Both the position numbers and the translations under genes were made by a program. A stretch of DNA of 64,000 bases from Lytechinus pictus (Eukaryota): assembly GCF_037042905.1 (NCBI RefSeq), contig NC_087245.1, forward strand, positions 40,426,001-40,490,000, written 5' to 3'. Positions 37,131 to 51,800 of the stretch are shown one piece after another. How positions within the stretch are numbered: position 1 is the first letter of the stretch; every line of letters starts with the position of its first letter. The notes under the pieces were generated by a model. It did no database searches. It saw only the letters and a program-made list of their open reading frames with translations, and was not told the DNA's origin.

Positions 37131-38323
37131 TACAAGAACAATTTTGCCCTGCATCACCTTGATCTCGCAAGCCACGCCCAAAGCTTATTAAAGGTTTGGA
37201 GCTTAGCATACTGACATGGCTGGTTGCACGTGATGATAGGAAGGCGACACTAACCATGATGATAACATTACATCTATTATGCGCCCTTCTCAAACCATCG
37301 ACATCACTTTGCCATTCTTTCCTCGAGGTTGATAAGAGATAGAAAGGTTTTTTTTTTTTTTTAATAATCATCATGATTATCGTCAATATCATATTGTTAT
37401 TTCCTTTAAGTTTTATTGTTTCTTTATCCCCTACACCATAACTTTAAACCAATACTAGATAACATACTGCGCTGTTTTTGCTGGAGTTAACATGGCTGGT
37501 TTTTCAACATAATTATATAGCCATGATTATAATAGCGTAGATGATGAGACAATATTGTTTAAAGTTGCAAGAATGTTGGTGAACTCTACGTTGGACTTGA
37601 TAAAAATTTTGGGGACCTCTGGTGTCCTCCGAAGTCAAGGAAGTTTATATGCCTTTGAATTCCTCCTCTTCCACCCCCCCCCCCCTGCACACACATGTAT
37701 CTGCATCCACAATCCCGGCATTAGTGCCTGACGTCATGGATATGCTACCAATTCGTTTAATATTCAGATATTATCAAGTGTTGTGACTGTCTGTTAGAGA
37801 GCAATATGTTCTATTTAAACACCAGTCATATCATCCTCAGCATATGTCGCAGTGCTTCTGCTCGAGGGCAATGCATGATGCCTACTGGACCATTACCATT
37901 TAGAGACGCCAATTAATATTTAGGTGCGGATTCGAGGACGGGGAGGGGCAAATTACACTTTTAGGACTTTTTCGTTAGCATGTCCCCCCAAAAAATGGTA
38001 CGAGAAAATATGGTAATATGCATCTATACTTTTTTTGTTGGTGTTGATTATTTATTTATTTTATTAGTCAATTATTGAATTATTGGTGTTAAAGAAAGCC
38101 CCCCCCCCCCCCGAAGTAAATCTCAGATCCGCCCCTGAATTTTGAGCCAGACCGTCCAATGTAAAAAAAAGATACATAAAAAGCATTGCACCATCGCGCC
38201 ATCACATTTCCAAGACTTTTTTTTGCACGGGTTAAGTAGCTCCAGCATGGCCAATGCCGGTTACATTTTCTATACAATGGAGAAAAATTAGAAAGAAGAA
38301 AGATACACGTCAATCTTGTTACA

Positions 38324-38501
38324 CAGGGGCCGCGGAACGGTTTTCAAAGTGGGGGGCTGAGCCAAAAGTGGGGGGGGGGGGGGCTGACCATGCTAAAAAT
38401 CACAATCATATGGTCATTTTTACGTTTTTGTACACAGTTTTGGAAAAAAAAGAGGGGGGGGGGGGCTGAAGCCCCCCAGCCCCCCGGTTCCGCAGCCCCT
38501 G
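38324..38501. mobile_element. MITE with CAGGGG termini and 5-bp TSD (TTACA)
   Basis: TTACA|CAGGGGCCGCGGAAC...GTTCCGCAGCCCCTG|TTACA; same family as 2569-2739. Confidence 0.85.
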
Positions 38502-40220
38502 TTACAAGTCGATACCTAATTCCATAAAAAAAATATATCAAGCCAACAGCATCTGCATCTAGATGTGTGTCACCTGGGAAATGGAATTACATTTGTATTT
38601 AAAGGCTGATTCCTTAAATACTTTTTAAAGTTTTATATAATTCTTACTACCTAATATAAATTCGAGGGAATTCGTATACTAGGCCTACATCACAGGCCTA
38701 ATATTTAAAGACAGGAGTTTTAAAACGCCGGCATTCTGACCAAACCTGAACACATTAAGATTGTAAATCTATTTTATTCTTCTTTCTCCATAATTACAAA
38801 ATCGTCAGGAAATTTCGTCGGCGCCATTCTACAAACGACAATGGAGCAACAAAACATAAAACAAAAAGGTTGACTGATATACCAAGGAGAGTGATATCTC
38901 CTTGGATATACAGCGATTCCGCCGGTGAATGAAGATATTAAACGCCTAAATTGCTAGATGATATCGAAATCATTTCATTTTTATTGCCGAGTGGATTACT
39001 GAGTTTTTTTTTCTTATTAGTGATCTCAGATAAGGGAACGTAATTGAATTTCGATTTGTGTTTTTATTGTCGTCAAATTGGGAATCAAAATAGGAAAAGT
39101 TAATGACCGACTGCATGGATTCAACGAGGGGGAACGACGTGACAGATGGGTAGATGAAGAATAAAGGGATAGAAGAAGATGGAGGTGGAGGGAGATATAG
39201 AAGGAGGAAGAGAAAGAGAGAGAGAGAGAGAGGGGGATGATATAGGGGTGGTTTTATATCAGTACAATTTTGTTTTTATTGTCTAAAGTAGAATCAGATA
39301 TAAGGTATTGCATGAAGGTAAGTATAAGATAAAGATATTTAAGTTTGCTTTATTATCAAGCATTTTTTAAGAATGAGAAAATAATTTAAACAATTGCAAA
39401 ATTGATAAAACACCTTTTAGGGGATCTATATATAGGCCTGCCACCCTTTGGCTGCACGGATAATGGGAAATTTTAGTTTTATTAAGCGGGTAAATGCGAA
39501 TAATATTGATGATGACAATAAATATGTGGGCTTCAATAATAATAATTATCGTTATTTTTTTAAGTAAGCAAACAATTAATTCATTTATTTCATCAATATA
39601 TACCCATTTGCAACTGTAAGCTCATTATTTTTTGTCTATTATTGATTGGTATTTCTGCATTTGTATATTGAAAATGGGTTTAGAGATCAAATAAACCAAT
39701 AAATTCAAATTCAATCATGCATGTATTCACTTATTTCTTTTATTAGTTTATCATTATTTTTTTAATTTTTTTTTATTGGGGGGGGGGGGGGGGGTGTGCT
39801 GCACTATCCCTACTCGGTCAGTAGTATCAAGGTTGCGATAGCAGTAACACAACGTCATCATTATAAGCATCAGCAGCAGTATTAAAAAAAAAACATCCTG
39901 AAAGAAAAAAATACATTGACCCCGCACATGACCCTAAATACTTCTCTTTTTTTTTTTTTGCTTTCTGACGTGCCCTTTAAAGAAATTCTTGGATAAGAGC
40001 TGCGGGCTTGAATATGAAATATTGCGACGGACAAGCTAAATAGTCAGTCCTGCATGTATTATTTTATTTCGCTTGCTATGATCAGTACCATAAAGGATGG
40101 CAAATTGAGAGATTATACCTCAAGTAATATGACATGCACAAAGTGGACAGATGAATTTGGTATAATTCCGAAAGCAGGTGATCACATTAGGCACAATACA
40201 AGAAATCATCACGACGAGAA

Positions 40221-40496
40221 CTGGGCCCCGTTGTACAAAGAGTTACGATTGATCCGATCAATCACAACTATGGAAAGCCAGCAAAGTCAACATATGAAAT
40301 GCATGTTTGTTCAAAAAAAATTCTAGATATGAATGCAAATCCATAAATTCATTGATTTCTTGACAATTCGGGGTGTTCTCCTTTGATTACAAAGGACATT
40401 TGCAAATTTCCTGTAGAAAAAATTATGACACTGATGGATTTCCATAGAGTTACGATTGATCGGATCAATCGTAACTCTTTGTACAACGGGGCCCAG
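40221..40496. mobile_element. Harbinger-like MITE with about 40-bp perfect TIRs
   Basis: CTGGGCCCCGTTGTACAAAGAGTTACGATTGATCCGATCAATC and its exact reverse complement at the right end. Confidence 0.8.
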
Positions 40497-42559
40497 ATGT
40501 CACTAATGTCCACTCTAAATTTACAGGGATTTTAAATAAATCCACATCGGCGGTAGTCGGTAGACAGTGACCAACCTGAAATAAGGATTTAGATTGATTG
40601 ACTGATTAATCATGTGCGGGGTCAATGTATTTTTTTCTTTCAGGATCTGTTGTTTTTTATACTCCTGCTGATGCTTATAATGATGACGTTGTGTTACTGC
40701 TATCGCAATTCTCCAGAATTTGAATCTAATTAAATTTTGGTCACAACTCACAACCGATCTGTATTTATTCAAAGTATAGTGTCATGGTATCTCAAATGCA
40801 GACATTGTTATGAAGGGGAAAAAAAATAGGCAATAGTTCATCTCGCAATGAAAAACTCAAATCCTTTTACAGTTAGATGACAAAGTAACATAATGGAAAT
40901 TAAAGGCGTAAGAGCTTATGTAAATATAATTGAATACACTGATTTATACTTACTTTTCTGTAGACATCCTGTCTGTTTTGTCTGTTGTTGCTATGAATCA
41001 GATGACAGACCGCGGGAAAAAAAAGAGACACAAAATTGAGAATCCCAGCTGTGAATGGTTCGGTTGGGCGGTGATCGCTTGCTACTACCTGCCCTGGTTT
41101 CACGAACTATAGACGTGTCCAAGACAGTTGGTTGGAAGAAATTGTGATTGTTGATGATTTTCAGAGAATGAGCATTGATGAGCTCAAGTGTGGACCGGAC
41201 GATTGCTCCCTGATTTGAGATTTATTGAATGACAAAAGGATGATAGTTCCCAAATACGTGATTTTACCTGGGGTGCCCTGTAATGAGGTCAGTATTAAAG
41301 TTGAGCCTGTCACTTTCTCAGGCTGGCGGAGCGAGGGGCAGCGGATGGCTAATAATGAAGATCGAAGTTCATGTTTGGAGGTGCACGCCTATACGGATCA
41401 GTGGGTATGGTATATTAGAAAGTGGGAGATAGTGATGGAGGGGGAGAGAGATGGAGGCAGAGATAGAGAGAGATGGAGAGAGAGGGAGAGAGAGCTAGGG
41501 ATTGACAGACGGACACACACCCCACCCCAGTCAGTCCGCACAGCGTATGTATAATGCGGGATGTAATGGCACGGAGCCCGTCAGTGTATGGTGGGGCCGG
41601 GGGGGGGGGGGGGGGGGAGGCATGCATATGCAGAGATTGAAGAAGAGAGTTTTAGAGAGACTTGAGAGAGGGAGGGTGAAAGAAAAGAAAGTGGTCATTG
41701 CTGGATGGGCGGGGCGGGGTCGGGGTAACTGTCAGAATTTAAACGCTCTTCCAAGACATGATCCTTAATTTGGATCAGGAGCGGCGCCAGGGTATTTGAC
41801 GGGTGGGGCGAGCTGATGGTGATGTATTTTTTCTTCAATTGAATATTAGGTCATATTAATAACAATTACAAACGACCAAAAAGTCTCTTCTTTCTTTTTT
41901 TCCTCCCCTTCCGTCTTTTCGTCATTATTTTTGCTTAATTCTCTCCTATTTTTTTCTTTGTATTCAAAGCTTGAAAATTCATAGGGGCAGTCGCCCCTGC
42001 CCTCTGCTGTGATTGTGGTTATTATCATTATTATTAATTATTAATTATTATCATTATCATTACTATTATTATTATTATTATCATCATCAACATCATCATC
42101 ATTATCAATTAATTATACTATCATCTATACTTGTTTTGTTTATATTGATTGTCAAAATACATCAGAGCTGGGCTATTGGTGTTGAAGTTAGAAAATTAGG
42201 AGACTTAGGATCCAAGTCGTGAGTCACCAGGCCATGTATTTGTTGAAAGCACTAGAAAGGGGGTCCTCCCTAGTGATAACGGCTATCGTAAGCAGGGTCA
42301 TAAGGCACTGAAAGTCCCGCAGGAATGAAAAAAACCCCATAAAGCCAATTGAAGAACTCGTCGCGTTTTAAGTGAAAGTTACAAAAATGAGCAACCCCCT
42401 CTATCTCCCCCCTCAAAATAAGGAAACGCATTCTTCATCACTGATCCCCAACACTTTCATCTCGTAATGGTAGACAACTATAAAAATAACAAAAATCGGA
42501 GAGATGCCCTTTTCGAAAAGTTTTCCGAGTTTCCTTTCCCTCCATCCCCTCCATGCTGC

Positions 42560-42809
42560 GCTTGGCCACTCCCCTTCCCCCTCCGATCAATCTCTGGCAT
42601 ATCACGTGATTTATAGTGCGATCAGGTGATCATGATGGGCTGGCCCCCCATTCATTTCAAGTTTTTATTCGTAATCTTTACGAATCGACGGGGAACAGCG
42701 AACGCAACTTCAGCGCGCGAGCGCGAATGACAACAACATGGGTTAGTAGTTCGACTGAGCTGAGCTGAATTGAATTGAATGACGGCTTATGTCAAACAGC
42801 TGATTAATC
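42560..42809 (+). promoter_or_regulatory. Putative RFC1 promoter / 5' UTR
   Basis: CpG-rich patch just upstream of the ATG, with a palindromic E-box ATCACGTGAT (42601-42610) and an E2F-like GCGCGAA (42721-42727). Confidence 0.45.
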
Positions 42810-42818
42810 ATGTCGATG
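42810..42818 (+). CDS. RFC1: RFC1 coding exon 1 (MSM)
   Basis: ATG TCG ATG|GTAAAT splices in phase 0 to DIRSFFG, matching the MDIRKFFG start of vertebrate RFC1. Confidence 0.75.
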
Positions 42819-45800
42819 GTAAATATTCTGAATTGCATGCACATTTTAATGCTTTGACGTAGGCCTATGGTTACTTTTAGACATTCAGTGATTTCAAATC
42901 CTTTCGTTGAAAAAATGCCCTTTCAATTTGAAGTTGAAACGGAATTAAATAAAAAATTCGAAATTGTGTCCTGACCATGATGACTCGTCGTGATGCCTGA
43001 TGGTCCCGTCGTGATGACGAATTGAGATGGGAATTGGACTAACGTTAGGTTTTTCAGGCTAGTTTCAGTGTCATCTGATGCAAAGAAGTGATGGATGAAT
43101 GTGGAAAACTAGAAGAAACCTAACGAGTGAATGAGGGAGGATATGGTTGGCCCAGGGATCTAGATCTAGCTAGCTAGAGTAGAGTCTAACTTGTTGAGTT
43201 AGAAATTTTTGTTGCAAGAAAATATTTGCGATCAATTGCAAATATTTTGTTGCAATTTTACAACATACTTTTTAGATCAACGTCAGTTATAGCAAATCAG
43301 ATTTAACTTCTTGTTTCAAGGAGCAGATTAGCAATCACTAATTTGCAATTTACTGCAAGACATTTGAGTGATTTAGGGACCATATATAGATCGCAATTGA
43401 TCGCAAGTTTCTTGCAACACGGTACACCCGAGTCGATCTCGATCTGTTCTTACTGTCTTAGTTAGATCAAGATCTAACTTACACATGTCATGACATGCGT
43501 GACCCAAAAAACATGTTTTTAAACTAAAGTCTATATGTCTGGTCGCATGTGCACTTGTTAAGGGTATAAAAAACAATGATTTTTTTTTAAAGGTGGTTCA
43601 GAAAGACTGGTCAATCATGGATGGTCAATTATGTTCAATCCCGGGGTCAAATGTATTAGGGTAATTTTTTCTTTCCAAAGGCAAGGCTTTTTTTTTAAGA
43701 GTAGCCAAACGTGTTTAGAACTTTAGGGTATATTTTTTCCCAAGCTTTTTCCCTGCATGGGGCCAAAATGTGTAAATGAAGCCTGTGAAAAACTTGTTCA
43801 GGGGTTATTTTGCACACAGAGAAAATCTTGTTTAGGCCCATGTTTGGAAATAATTTGGTCACGCATGTGTACAGCAATATATTTGACTGGCCCCATCACC
43901 CCCACCCCCCCCCCTCAAGATGGTTGGCCAGGTATTTATTTAGTACAGACTTTCACTTGTGACTTTTTCAAACCCCCTCTGTGAAAAAAAAAAAGATCCA
44001 ACTAACGTTAGTTAGAGTTGTAAAATCTAGAATCTTGACTTGTTTAGAACTATTTGACTATTTCAAAATGTAACTTTAGGGTCTGAGTTGGAGATAGTGA
44101 AAATACACTTGACAGTGGAAACAAGACTTCAAAATTGCAAAATTAATTGCATTTTATTTTCCCAGTTGATATGCAGTATTTTTTAATGAAGGAAAGGATT
44201 GGTCGAAATGCATGCCAAAAGGCTTAAATCATGAAAATGAATGTTTGACAGTTTGGTAATGATACATGTTTCCGTGCAGTCATGACTATAAACTAATGGA
44301 TGGATTCAAATGAAGAGGGGGGGGGGGGGATGGGAGGTGGGGGGGTGAGGGATTGCTCCCATGTAGTACATTTTACTAGTGGCCAACCTGCTAGTGGCAT
44401 GCAGTCATGTGCATGCACTGACAATGATAAAGACAGACTTGATCTAACAATAAATTTATAAATCATATTCCAGGACATTCGATCCTTCTTCGGCAGCCCA
44501 GGAAGGGGTAAGTCTGCATCCAGTTCAGCTAAGCAGAGCAATGGCAAGGGTAAGAGAAAGCACAATGACGATGACGGAGACTTCGTGCAAAGTGAGAAGA
44601 AGCAACGCCACTCGGCCAAATCAATGAAGAAATCCAACATCATTTATGACTCTGGTAAAGTGAAGGTGTTAATGTACTTAAATGAATGATTCACATCCTG
44701 TGTGTCTTTCATAAATACTAAACACAAGGATGAGAAACTGTCTTGAATTCTGAGAAAATTTTTCCCTTCAATGAGTACATGAAATAAATACAAAATTATA
44801 TTCATGTCTAGTACTCTGCTCCCATCTTCTCTTCTTTTGTCATATTTGCAAGACTTGTATCAGAGTTACTAGCAAGGTGAATTAAAACATTCAAGAGTTC
44901 AGGTTAAAATGTAACCACATAATGGCCTCCAAAATTTACAAATTAAGAGAATTATATACATAGTAATAGTGGAAAATTAGTATAGACGGGGAATGATAAA
45001 ATAAAAATCTAACATTTATTAAAATGAGCAGAAAGGTTACCATGCTGTTTACGGATGAGGTATTCTTTGTTATACACTGCACTGTATGAAGCGAGGTTTA
45101 AAGAAAGCAAAGTCAGGGATTTATTTTGAAGTTTGCAGAGATAAAGTATTTTAAGAAGAGAAAATTGAATAAAATAAAGAGAAAACTTGTCAGGGCATCC
45201 ATATTTTTTCCTCCATTTTGAACCTGTTGACTTAAAATTTTCAGCATTTTAGGTATCAAGATCTAGTAGTGCTATAAAAAAAAAAATCAATGAGTGGGAC
45301 AAGGAAAAATTAAATTAAAATCCCAAGCATGTTGGGCTTGATCATTTGGTAATCTACACTGAGTGATGAGTGAGAGGCTTTGTTGGATGCCAAAAGAACT
45401 TAATTGCTTTAGAAGCATGATCATTCATCCTTTCCCTGACATTTCATTTTCTTGCCTCAGACATTTTCAGAAATGAATGTAAATTAAGGTTTTGAATTGC
45501 AACAAATCAATTCAATACCTAATAATATAATGTTCAATATATTATGTTGTTAAATATTATAAGTTTTCATTTCATTAGTGATGTAACTTTAATGCATTGA
45601 TTTTATTTGTTATAATTTGTATTAAGTATTTTAGGATTAAGGTTTAGGTTTATTGTATACATGTAATTCAGATCAGGTTTAATGTATAATTTAGTAATTA
45701 AATATATTTTGTAAAGCGCATAGAGAATCTTTTGACTATTATGCGCTATATAAATTTCAAATATTTTTATTAGTATTACCTTGAAGTTTAAAACAGGAAC

Positions 45801-48800
45801 ATGATCATGAAACTTGTTCCTAGTTTCAAATTTTCTTGAAGTGAGGTTATAAAGTGTACAAAAAGTGTGCAATTCATAAATGCTTTTTCTCTAGAAACCC
45901 TTGTGAACAGGTTCAGAAGGCAACCCTCCTATTCATCATAATCTACACAATTTTTCCAAAATATTCTTTACCTGTTATGTTAGTTTCACTTTTACATTGA
46001 ACATTCATAGACTCAGACGACGAACCACCCCAATCCAAAAAGTCAAAGACCCCTGTGAAGTCAGCCGATTCCAAGACCAGTAAGGGACCGGCCAAGCTGC
46101 CTCAGCCGACCCCAGAGAAGAAGAAACCCACCTCGGTGATAGATTTCTTTGGGAGCTCACCGGTCCAGAGGTCTGCAAAGAAATCCACAAGGAAAGATCA
46201 GGTACGACAGTGTGGTCCTCTTAGGATTTGGCACAAAGGAGTTTTCATAGGACAAAGTTGCAGATATGTTATAGTTGTGGGAAATATTGAAACAGTCATT
46301 GAGCTATCAAATTCTTTCCATGATATTTAGGAGAAAATATGCATTGCAAAGCATTGATTGCACTTCAAAATATACATATATATATATAAAAAACATCTGG
46401 AATTGTCGGACCACCAATTTGGGTGTAGTCCTATGCATGCTTATCTGCGTGAAGTGCACGTGACTGTTCGAAAATTGAGTCAGATTTTTATCATTTTGAT
46501 GGTTATATCACTTTAAAGCAAACACACTTGAATGTTGTATTCTTTGATTCATTATAAACAGCATTTTAATAGCAATCACTTTTAGAAAGTCTACTCCATT
46601 ATTCAAATTTACAGCATGAACATATTGTAATAATAATAATAATAATAATAAACAGTTCTTGTATAGCGCATATCACGATTATGAATAATGTCTCTATGCG
46701 CTTCCAAAGGACTTGGATATTATTACCCCAGCTGTAGCTTGGCAGCCGTAATTACTTGTAGAAGATTAACTTTCGTAGTTTCAATTCTTTTTCCAAGATG
46801 TGTTTCGTAAAATATATCTTTGTAGCAGAATGAGTATCTGGCTCAGAAGGCAGTTGACAGGTTTATTAGCTTATCTACAAGATCACCTTTATATAACATT
46901 CTTGCAATAAAATTTGCCTTTTAATATATATTTGAGCTGTTTTTATTGATAAATGAATCTTCCTGTAAACATAATTGACAATAGTTGACAAGTTGATCTG
47001 CCTATTCACCACCTTGCAGCCAATCCCAAATGGAGGATCCAAGAAACCAAAGCTTGAGAAGGAGGAGCATGATGACGATGACTTTGAAGCCACCCTCAGA
47101 ATGATGGATGAGGACAAGTCACCTCATAAAGAAGACAAAAAAGGTGAGATTGGAAGAAAAACAAATCAAAAGACAAGACAAATATCAGACAGAAGTCCCT
47201 TGCTTTATGGTCCATTAATAAATAGAACAGGCTACAAGACTACCGATCTACCAACTGAACTATTATGCCTCCCAAAACCCATTGCAAAAAGAGTTTTTTT
47301 ATTTTTATTAACATGTAACTCTAAAAGTCAAGTTGAAATTTGAAAGTCAAATTGCATAATATGGTAATAATGATGATAATGATAATAATAACAGCAACAG
47401 CAACAATAATATGCAGCATGTCACTTAGTACAATGTTTCTAACATTTACATACCCCTGCTACCTTGATCATGTGCTTGAGAATTTAACAAATTCCTTCTT
47501 ACCGAGAACCCATTTACTACACCTGTGTCGACTGTGGCAAATATGCAAGGACGAGTGCCATGGTGGGATTCGAACCCCGGACCTTGTGGTTCACAGTCTG
47601 GATACTTATCCACTGATTGCAACTGTTTCTGCAAAGGGCCTTATGTTTTTAGAATTTCAGCGATATATGGCAATAATAACTTTTAGGAGATGATATCCTC
47701 TGTTATTTTTATAGGTAAGGGTAAAGGGCTTGCAAGCAAATTGGCAGCTAAGGTGAAGGCGGGTAGCCTCGTTCCAGAAACACCGGACAGAGAGAAACCC
47801 AAAGAGAGGCAAAGATCTGTGGAAACAACAATTGAGGATACTCCATTAAGTGGCAGAAAGCAGAGCAGAGTGAGTAACAATGATTTATTTTTGTTTTCTT
47901 TTCTGGACAAAATTATCAAATTGTTAGTGGAAGCTTATCAATAATAATGATGATGATGATGATAATGATAACATTTCTATAGTGCCTTTTCTATTAAGAT
48001 ACAAAGCACATTACATAGAGAGAAAAATACTGTAACAATGTTACAAAACATAAACAATAATGTATTCAAATAATTTGCAAGAGTTATGTGAAACAGTAGT
48101 TACTGGATGTACACTATCCTAAATCGAGCTTCAAGTTTTAAAAGGATATGTCAAGCTTTTAGAAAATAGTAAGGCTCAAAAGAGGTTTTTTTTTGTTGCA
48201 AATGGACCTACCTTTGTCAAACCAGATGACTTTTATGTTTTAATTCAATTTTGACCCAAAACAGAAAAAATTATGCCGATCAAACCTACTTTTCGTTGTT
48301 CATTGTTATGCGTGTTTTTATTTTTGTCACAAGGGGATGGCGCAGTAGAATACCATATATTTATTAAACGTAAATTACTGCAAAGAAATAGTTGATCTAT
48401 GGCGTGGGGGGGGGGGGAAACAAATGACCGACTCTTTACAGGCCCAATATTGTAAAACAAAAAGTTTCTCGTACCAAATATTACGAAAACGTTTCATAGC
48501 CTCTATGATCTCTGAAAATGAAAAGCAGGGAAAACACCTATTTTAATCCATATAAAAGAGATGATTGGCTTTTCTGTCTTGACTATCAGAGAATGTATCG
48601 TCATAAGTTGTATTCAGAGAATGTATCATCGACTTGTAATACCAAGCTATAGCATCGTCTGACCTTCACAAATGCATTTTCAAAATTCCTATTCGAAAAA
48701 AAAAAGATATCAGCAAAGGAAGACAAAAAAGCAAGTCCGGAGAAGAGAGTGACCCGGTCGACCCCAACCAAAGCCACACCCAGTAGGCCGCCACATATAA

Positions 48801-51800
48801 AGTCTACCACCAAAGCAAAAATGGAAATTTCATCCCCTCCTAAGAAGAAGGAAGAGGTCACAACCAGCCCCCCAGCTGGTGAGGGGGAGAAGAAGAGGGG
48901 CAATGCTGGCTACAGGAGCTATCTGAATCGGGAGGGGCCGAGGTCGTTGGGGTCAAGAGAGGAGCCAAAGGTAGGTCTTTGAGAAGAAAAAAATTGCAAG
49001 TCCCCTTAACACAAAGCTTAGCAATTGATCACACATTTGATTTGTATGCTTGAGTGCACACAATGAACAATGTAATCAATCTTAAAAGTTCACCCTTGGG
49101 ATCAAACACTTAACTTTGTGTTGCAGGGCTCACACGTTTGTCCATTATCCATCCGGTGATACGACATTTGCTCCTGAGACAGTTGCTCCGGGCTTTATTT
49201 CGTCAAAGGTATGGGGTTAGGGTTGGGGTTGCAATATGGTTTGAGGCGTGAAATTATCATTATCTAGATCTATATATCAACATTTTCACATGATACTATA
49301 CTTCCAAACCTTTAATCACAGGGGTGTGAGAGTTCAGATTTTTATCTGATTTCAGATTTTTGATTTTTAGCTTAATTTCAGCTTATTTTGGGCCTTCCTC
49401 TGTACAAAAAGTATGGGAGCTCTCTCTATTTCAGACTTTTTCAACACTCTTCAGCTTTTTTCAGATCTTTTTATTTGTGACCACTCACGCCCCTGTAATC
49501 AACCAAGCAGAGCTATAGAAATGATAGTACCAAGCAGGCGTTCTTAATTTGTTTGCTTGAATTTATCGGCCCATACCATTATAATCCCTGCGCATGGGCA
49601 AGGTCATATTGATTTGTTTGTCTACTTGCAGCTCTTTGTGATAACTTCATTGCAGAATTGCCCGGAATAATTAAAAGTTGCAGACAGAACAAAATGTTTG
49701 ATGTTTTTCCTTTCCCAGCATCCATGTGACTCTCCTTATCCGTTCTTGTTCTATCCAAGAACGATAAGCAGAGCTGCCAAGTAGTACGATTTTTCCGTAT
49801 TTAGTACGTTTTTCCAACCAAAATACGGCAATACGTTTTTATTAGATCAATGTAATTTCAGGTAACTTGTTTTTTTTTCAATCATTTTGTAAAAACTAGG
49901 GTGAGATATACACAAGTTTCAATGTTTTTTTTTTTCATCTGCAAGAGCAGTGCACATTTTAGCTTGCATGCAGCTTGAGCGCCGTGATGGGCAAGTGCGC
50001 CAAGCATTTTTTTATTAAATACACTTTTTTGGGGAAAAATACAAAATATTTATCTCACACGGTAAAAATACTGATTTTTTTTGGTCAAAATACTGATTTT
50101 GGGGGAGAAGAATACTGAAAATGCAAAATACAACTTGGCAGCTCTGGATAAGGAACTGGAACAACCTACCCAGCTCAGCTGTCAACACCAAAGGAATGTC
50201 CAGTTTCAAGGAGGCGCTCTTCCTGCCATCAGAATGATGCAGCCCCCTATTGGATCCCATATGATTTAAATTCAAAATCTTGGTTTTTACTTGCACTCAG
50301 CATAGCATGTTTTACTGTACATGTACAAAATTGCTATGTCTGTCCATCACCATTTCTGCACTTCATGACACTCCTTCCAGTGGCTCACTTTATTCACCAT
50401 CCCAGTGTAGCTTCTGTATGAGCTGCTAAAGGGATTACTACATCAAGTATTCTATTGCTGGCATTTATTCTTCACATGTTTGTTGATTATGCCAGATATA
50501 TAACAATAATAATGATTTTATATCAATCAAAAAGGAATTAGTCAATAGGAGAAGAGTTGAAATATGGATTTGATCAATTTTGCTGAAAATTGATGAAAAA
50601 TCTGATCATATTTAGAGGTATAGGCGTAGAGGTGTTGTGGCTCAGTGGATAAGTCTCAGGACATTGAACCACAAGGTTCATGGTTTGCATTCCACCATGA
50701 CATTCTTGTCCTTTGGCAAGGCATTTATCTACATTTGCTACTCTCCACCCAGGTGTAGTAAATGGGAATGAGGTAGGAAAGGAATTCTTGAAATGCTTGA
50801 GCACCTGGTCAGGGTGTCCTTGGTAAAGCTGGGTAATAGTATGCAGCATTTAGAAACATTAAGCGCTATGTAAATGTTGCATATTATTATAGTTTTTATT
50901 CTTCTTGTCCTTTTATTGCTAGGGTGCGGATGGCTGTTTGTCAGGTTTAACCTTTGTGGTCACTGGAGTAATAGAATGCTTTGACAAAGATCAGATCAAG
51001 GCGATGATCGAGCAGCACGGCGGAAGACTCACCGGTAGCATCAGCAAGAAGTCAAACTATCTCGTGATTGGCCGAGAACCGGGAGAGTCCAAGGTCGCAA
51101 AGGTCAGTGGAGCACGAAATACTGAATAATGTAGATTTGCTTCCAAAAAGATAGATAGTATACAAATAATGAATGTTTATGAGTGCAATGGACAGAATAC
51201 TTCATGAGGTGAAAGATGAAATGATCCATTCAACGAGGCGTAGCCGAGTTGAATGGATCATTATTTCATCTTTCACCGTGTGAAGTATTCTGTCCATTGC
51301 ACGATTGAAAAAACATTCATTATTTGGTTTATATGACACCTAAAAAATGATTTTTTTTCTTCATATAAAATTCATGAATTTCGATGCAAAACATGCCCAG
51401 GCAGTGCGAGTTCGGTCTGTTGATTGTTATGTCATTACAACGTGCGCACTGCTGGTGCATGAGCTGCAGTCTCGGTGCGCGAGTGCAGTGTACAAAATCG
51501 TATGGATCTAAAATTGCACGGTTGATGACGTCATTGCAAAATGGGCTGAATGAATGATATCAAACAACCAATCAAATCACAAGGATCTATCTAGGTGTCA
51601 TATAAACTAGTTTAATTCACATTTAATAGACTTATCGTGTCATCTGCAGGAATGGTTTGGCCTGTGTATGTAGTCTTCAACTCATTCGTGGTATAAAAAT
51701 TATGGCATACGTTTCATAAACATATGAAAAATATTAGATTATTATAATATACTTGTGATATCAACATTATCATGCCATAGGCTTTGTTCGAGACATTTTG

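Noticed and set aside
36282..37392. His/Thr/Ile- or Asp/Gly-rich ORFs near the TM exon
   Set aside because: Products of CAC/CAT triplet repeats.
44655..46010. Pentanucleotide (AAAAG/AAGGG) repeat analogous to the human RFC1 intron 2 expansion site
   Set aside because: No such tract is present in this intron.
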